A stretch of 51,833 nt of DNA from positions 1 through 51,833 of IMG/VR virus record IMGVR_UViG_3300013285_000003. One strand, written 5' to 3'. The notes below the pieces were generated by a model that worked only from the letters and a program-made list of their open reading frames with translations, was not told the DNA's origin and searched no databases. This DNA is from a virus (Duplodnaviria; Caudoviricetes). The stretch's first letter is position 1. Each line of letters starts with the position of its first letter. Position numbers and translations under genes: made by a program. This document shows positions 51,178 to 51,833 of the stretch, one piece after another.

Positions 51178-51428
51178 TTCTCACCCCTCTCACGAATTGA
51201 TTTAGCACAAGCATCGGCAATCGGTGCGTCGTACTTTTCCAAGTCATCCAAAAACTTTGCCCAGTCATCACACAACTTCGCACAAGCCTCACGCTCATCT
51301 TGGCGCACAAGCTCGGCAAAGCGTTCGACAATACTTGTGTACCAACCTTCGTCAAACCAAATTTCATTTCCTTCATCTTCAATGTCAAAACCTGCTTGTC
51401 TAGCCAACTTTTTTAACCGTTCGTTCAT
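51174..51428 (-). CDS. Hypothetical protein
   Basis: MNERLKKLARQAG..ERFAELVRQDEREACAKLC. Confidence 0.65.
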   Translation of the reverse strand: MNERLKKLARQAGFDIEDEGNEIWFDEGWYTSIVERFAELVRQDEREACAKLCDDWAKFLDDLEKYDAPIADACAKSIRERGEK

Positions 51429-51673
51429 TTCACTCCCCCACTCATCGCACGATCAACCTCAGCATCCACTTGCTGCTCCGTTGCCATGAACATCTGCCCT
51501 GTGTACTTTTTTAGCCAACGGTAGCGCAATGCATCTTTAGCTATGTTGGGTGCCAAGCTAATTGTGTTGTCAAGCAACTTATGCAGCGATTCAATCTCTG
51601 CGTTTTGCAGCCTGATATGAGCGTTAAGTTCGTCAATATGAGTCTGCATCTCTCTTTGCTCTTTCATGCTCAT
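51425..51673 (-). CDS. Hypothetical protein
   Basis: KDALRYRWLK..VDAEVDRAM. Confidence 0.65.
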   Translation of the reverse strand: MSMKEQREMQTHIDELNAHIRLQNAEIESLHKLLDNTISLAPNIAKDALRYRWLKKYTGQMFMATEQQVDAEVDRAMSGGVK

Positions 51674-51833
51674 CCTTTAAATTTCACTAGTTTAAATTTA
51701 TTGATTGGTACGTCGTAAAAATATTCATTGCTTGCTACATACTTGTTTTTAATTTCAATGACAGGTGATACCAAAACATCCACCGCTTTACACCAGTACG
51801 CATACCTCAAAGACTTTGTTACAGCAAAAAACA
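51670..51833 (-). CDS. 3' part of the junction-spanning nuclease gene (starts at 397)
   Basis: In-frame continuation ...FYDVPINKFKLVKFKG, with the TGA overlapping the ATG at 51673. Confidence 0.7.
   Translation of the reverse strand, partial: FFAVTKSLRYAYWCKAVDVLVSPVIEIKNKYVASNEYFYDVPINKFKLVKFKG
51711..51833. repeat. Direct terminal repeat, copy 2 (123 bp)
   Basis: Identical to 1-123. Confidence 0.97.

Noticed and set aside
51711-51833. 123-bp terminal repeat as a biological DTR (T7-like ends)
   Set aside because: It falls in the middle of a coding sequence and looks like assembler overlap of a circular contig; a P22/Sf6-like TerS fits headful packaging better

Overview
The window is an apparently complete ~51.7-kb tailed-phage genome. 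Bases 51711-51833 repeat 1-123 exactly, and an ORF reads through that junction, so it is a circularly permuted assembly of 51,710 bp. The gene set is podovirus-like: TerS, TerL, P22-like portal, scaffold, capsid, connector/nozzle, segmented tail fibres and ejection proteins ending in a lytic transglycosylase, with no tape measure, tube or sheath. Rz/Rz1 spanins indicate a Gram-negative host; the small-gene families suggest a freshwater betaproteobacterium (inference). Replication looks host-polymerase dependent (Cro-like HTH, YdaU/DUF1376-like initiator, SF4 helicase, SSB-like protein, 3'-5' exonuclease, RuvC-like resolvase). I see no integrase, CI repressor, DNA polymerase, tRNA, CRISPR array or reverse transcriptase. 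Four signals stand out. (1) A recurring [hydrophobic/basic]-x-x-Gly-Gly motif occurs in four head/core-module proteins and often falls at domain boundaries. One carrier is a 716-aa glycosylase-like + ADP-ribosyltransferase-like protein between TerL and portal, which suggests a packaging or processing signal for virion cargo. (2) A ~1-kb cluster of structured non-coding RNA lies at the early-to-late boundary (42660-43660): a promoter-proximal attenuator-like element, a ~215-nt five-helix RNA, and an array of small stems with a pseudoknot. (3) A T4 beta-glucosyltransferase-like gene sits beside a GNAT acetyltransferase, with no enzyme that would make a hydroxymethylated base. (4) Five near-identical sigma70 promoters share an operator-like motif whose perfect form lies in front of the cro-like gene. 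All family assignments come from motif recognition by eye, not database searches.
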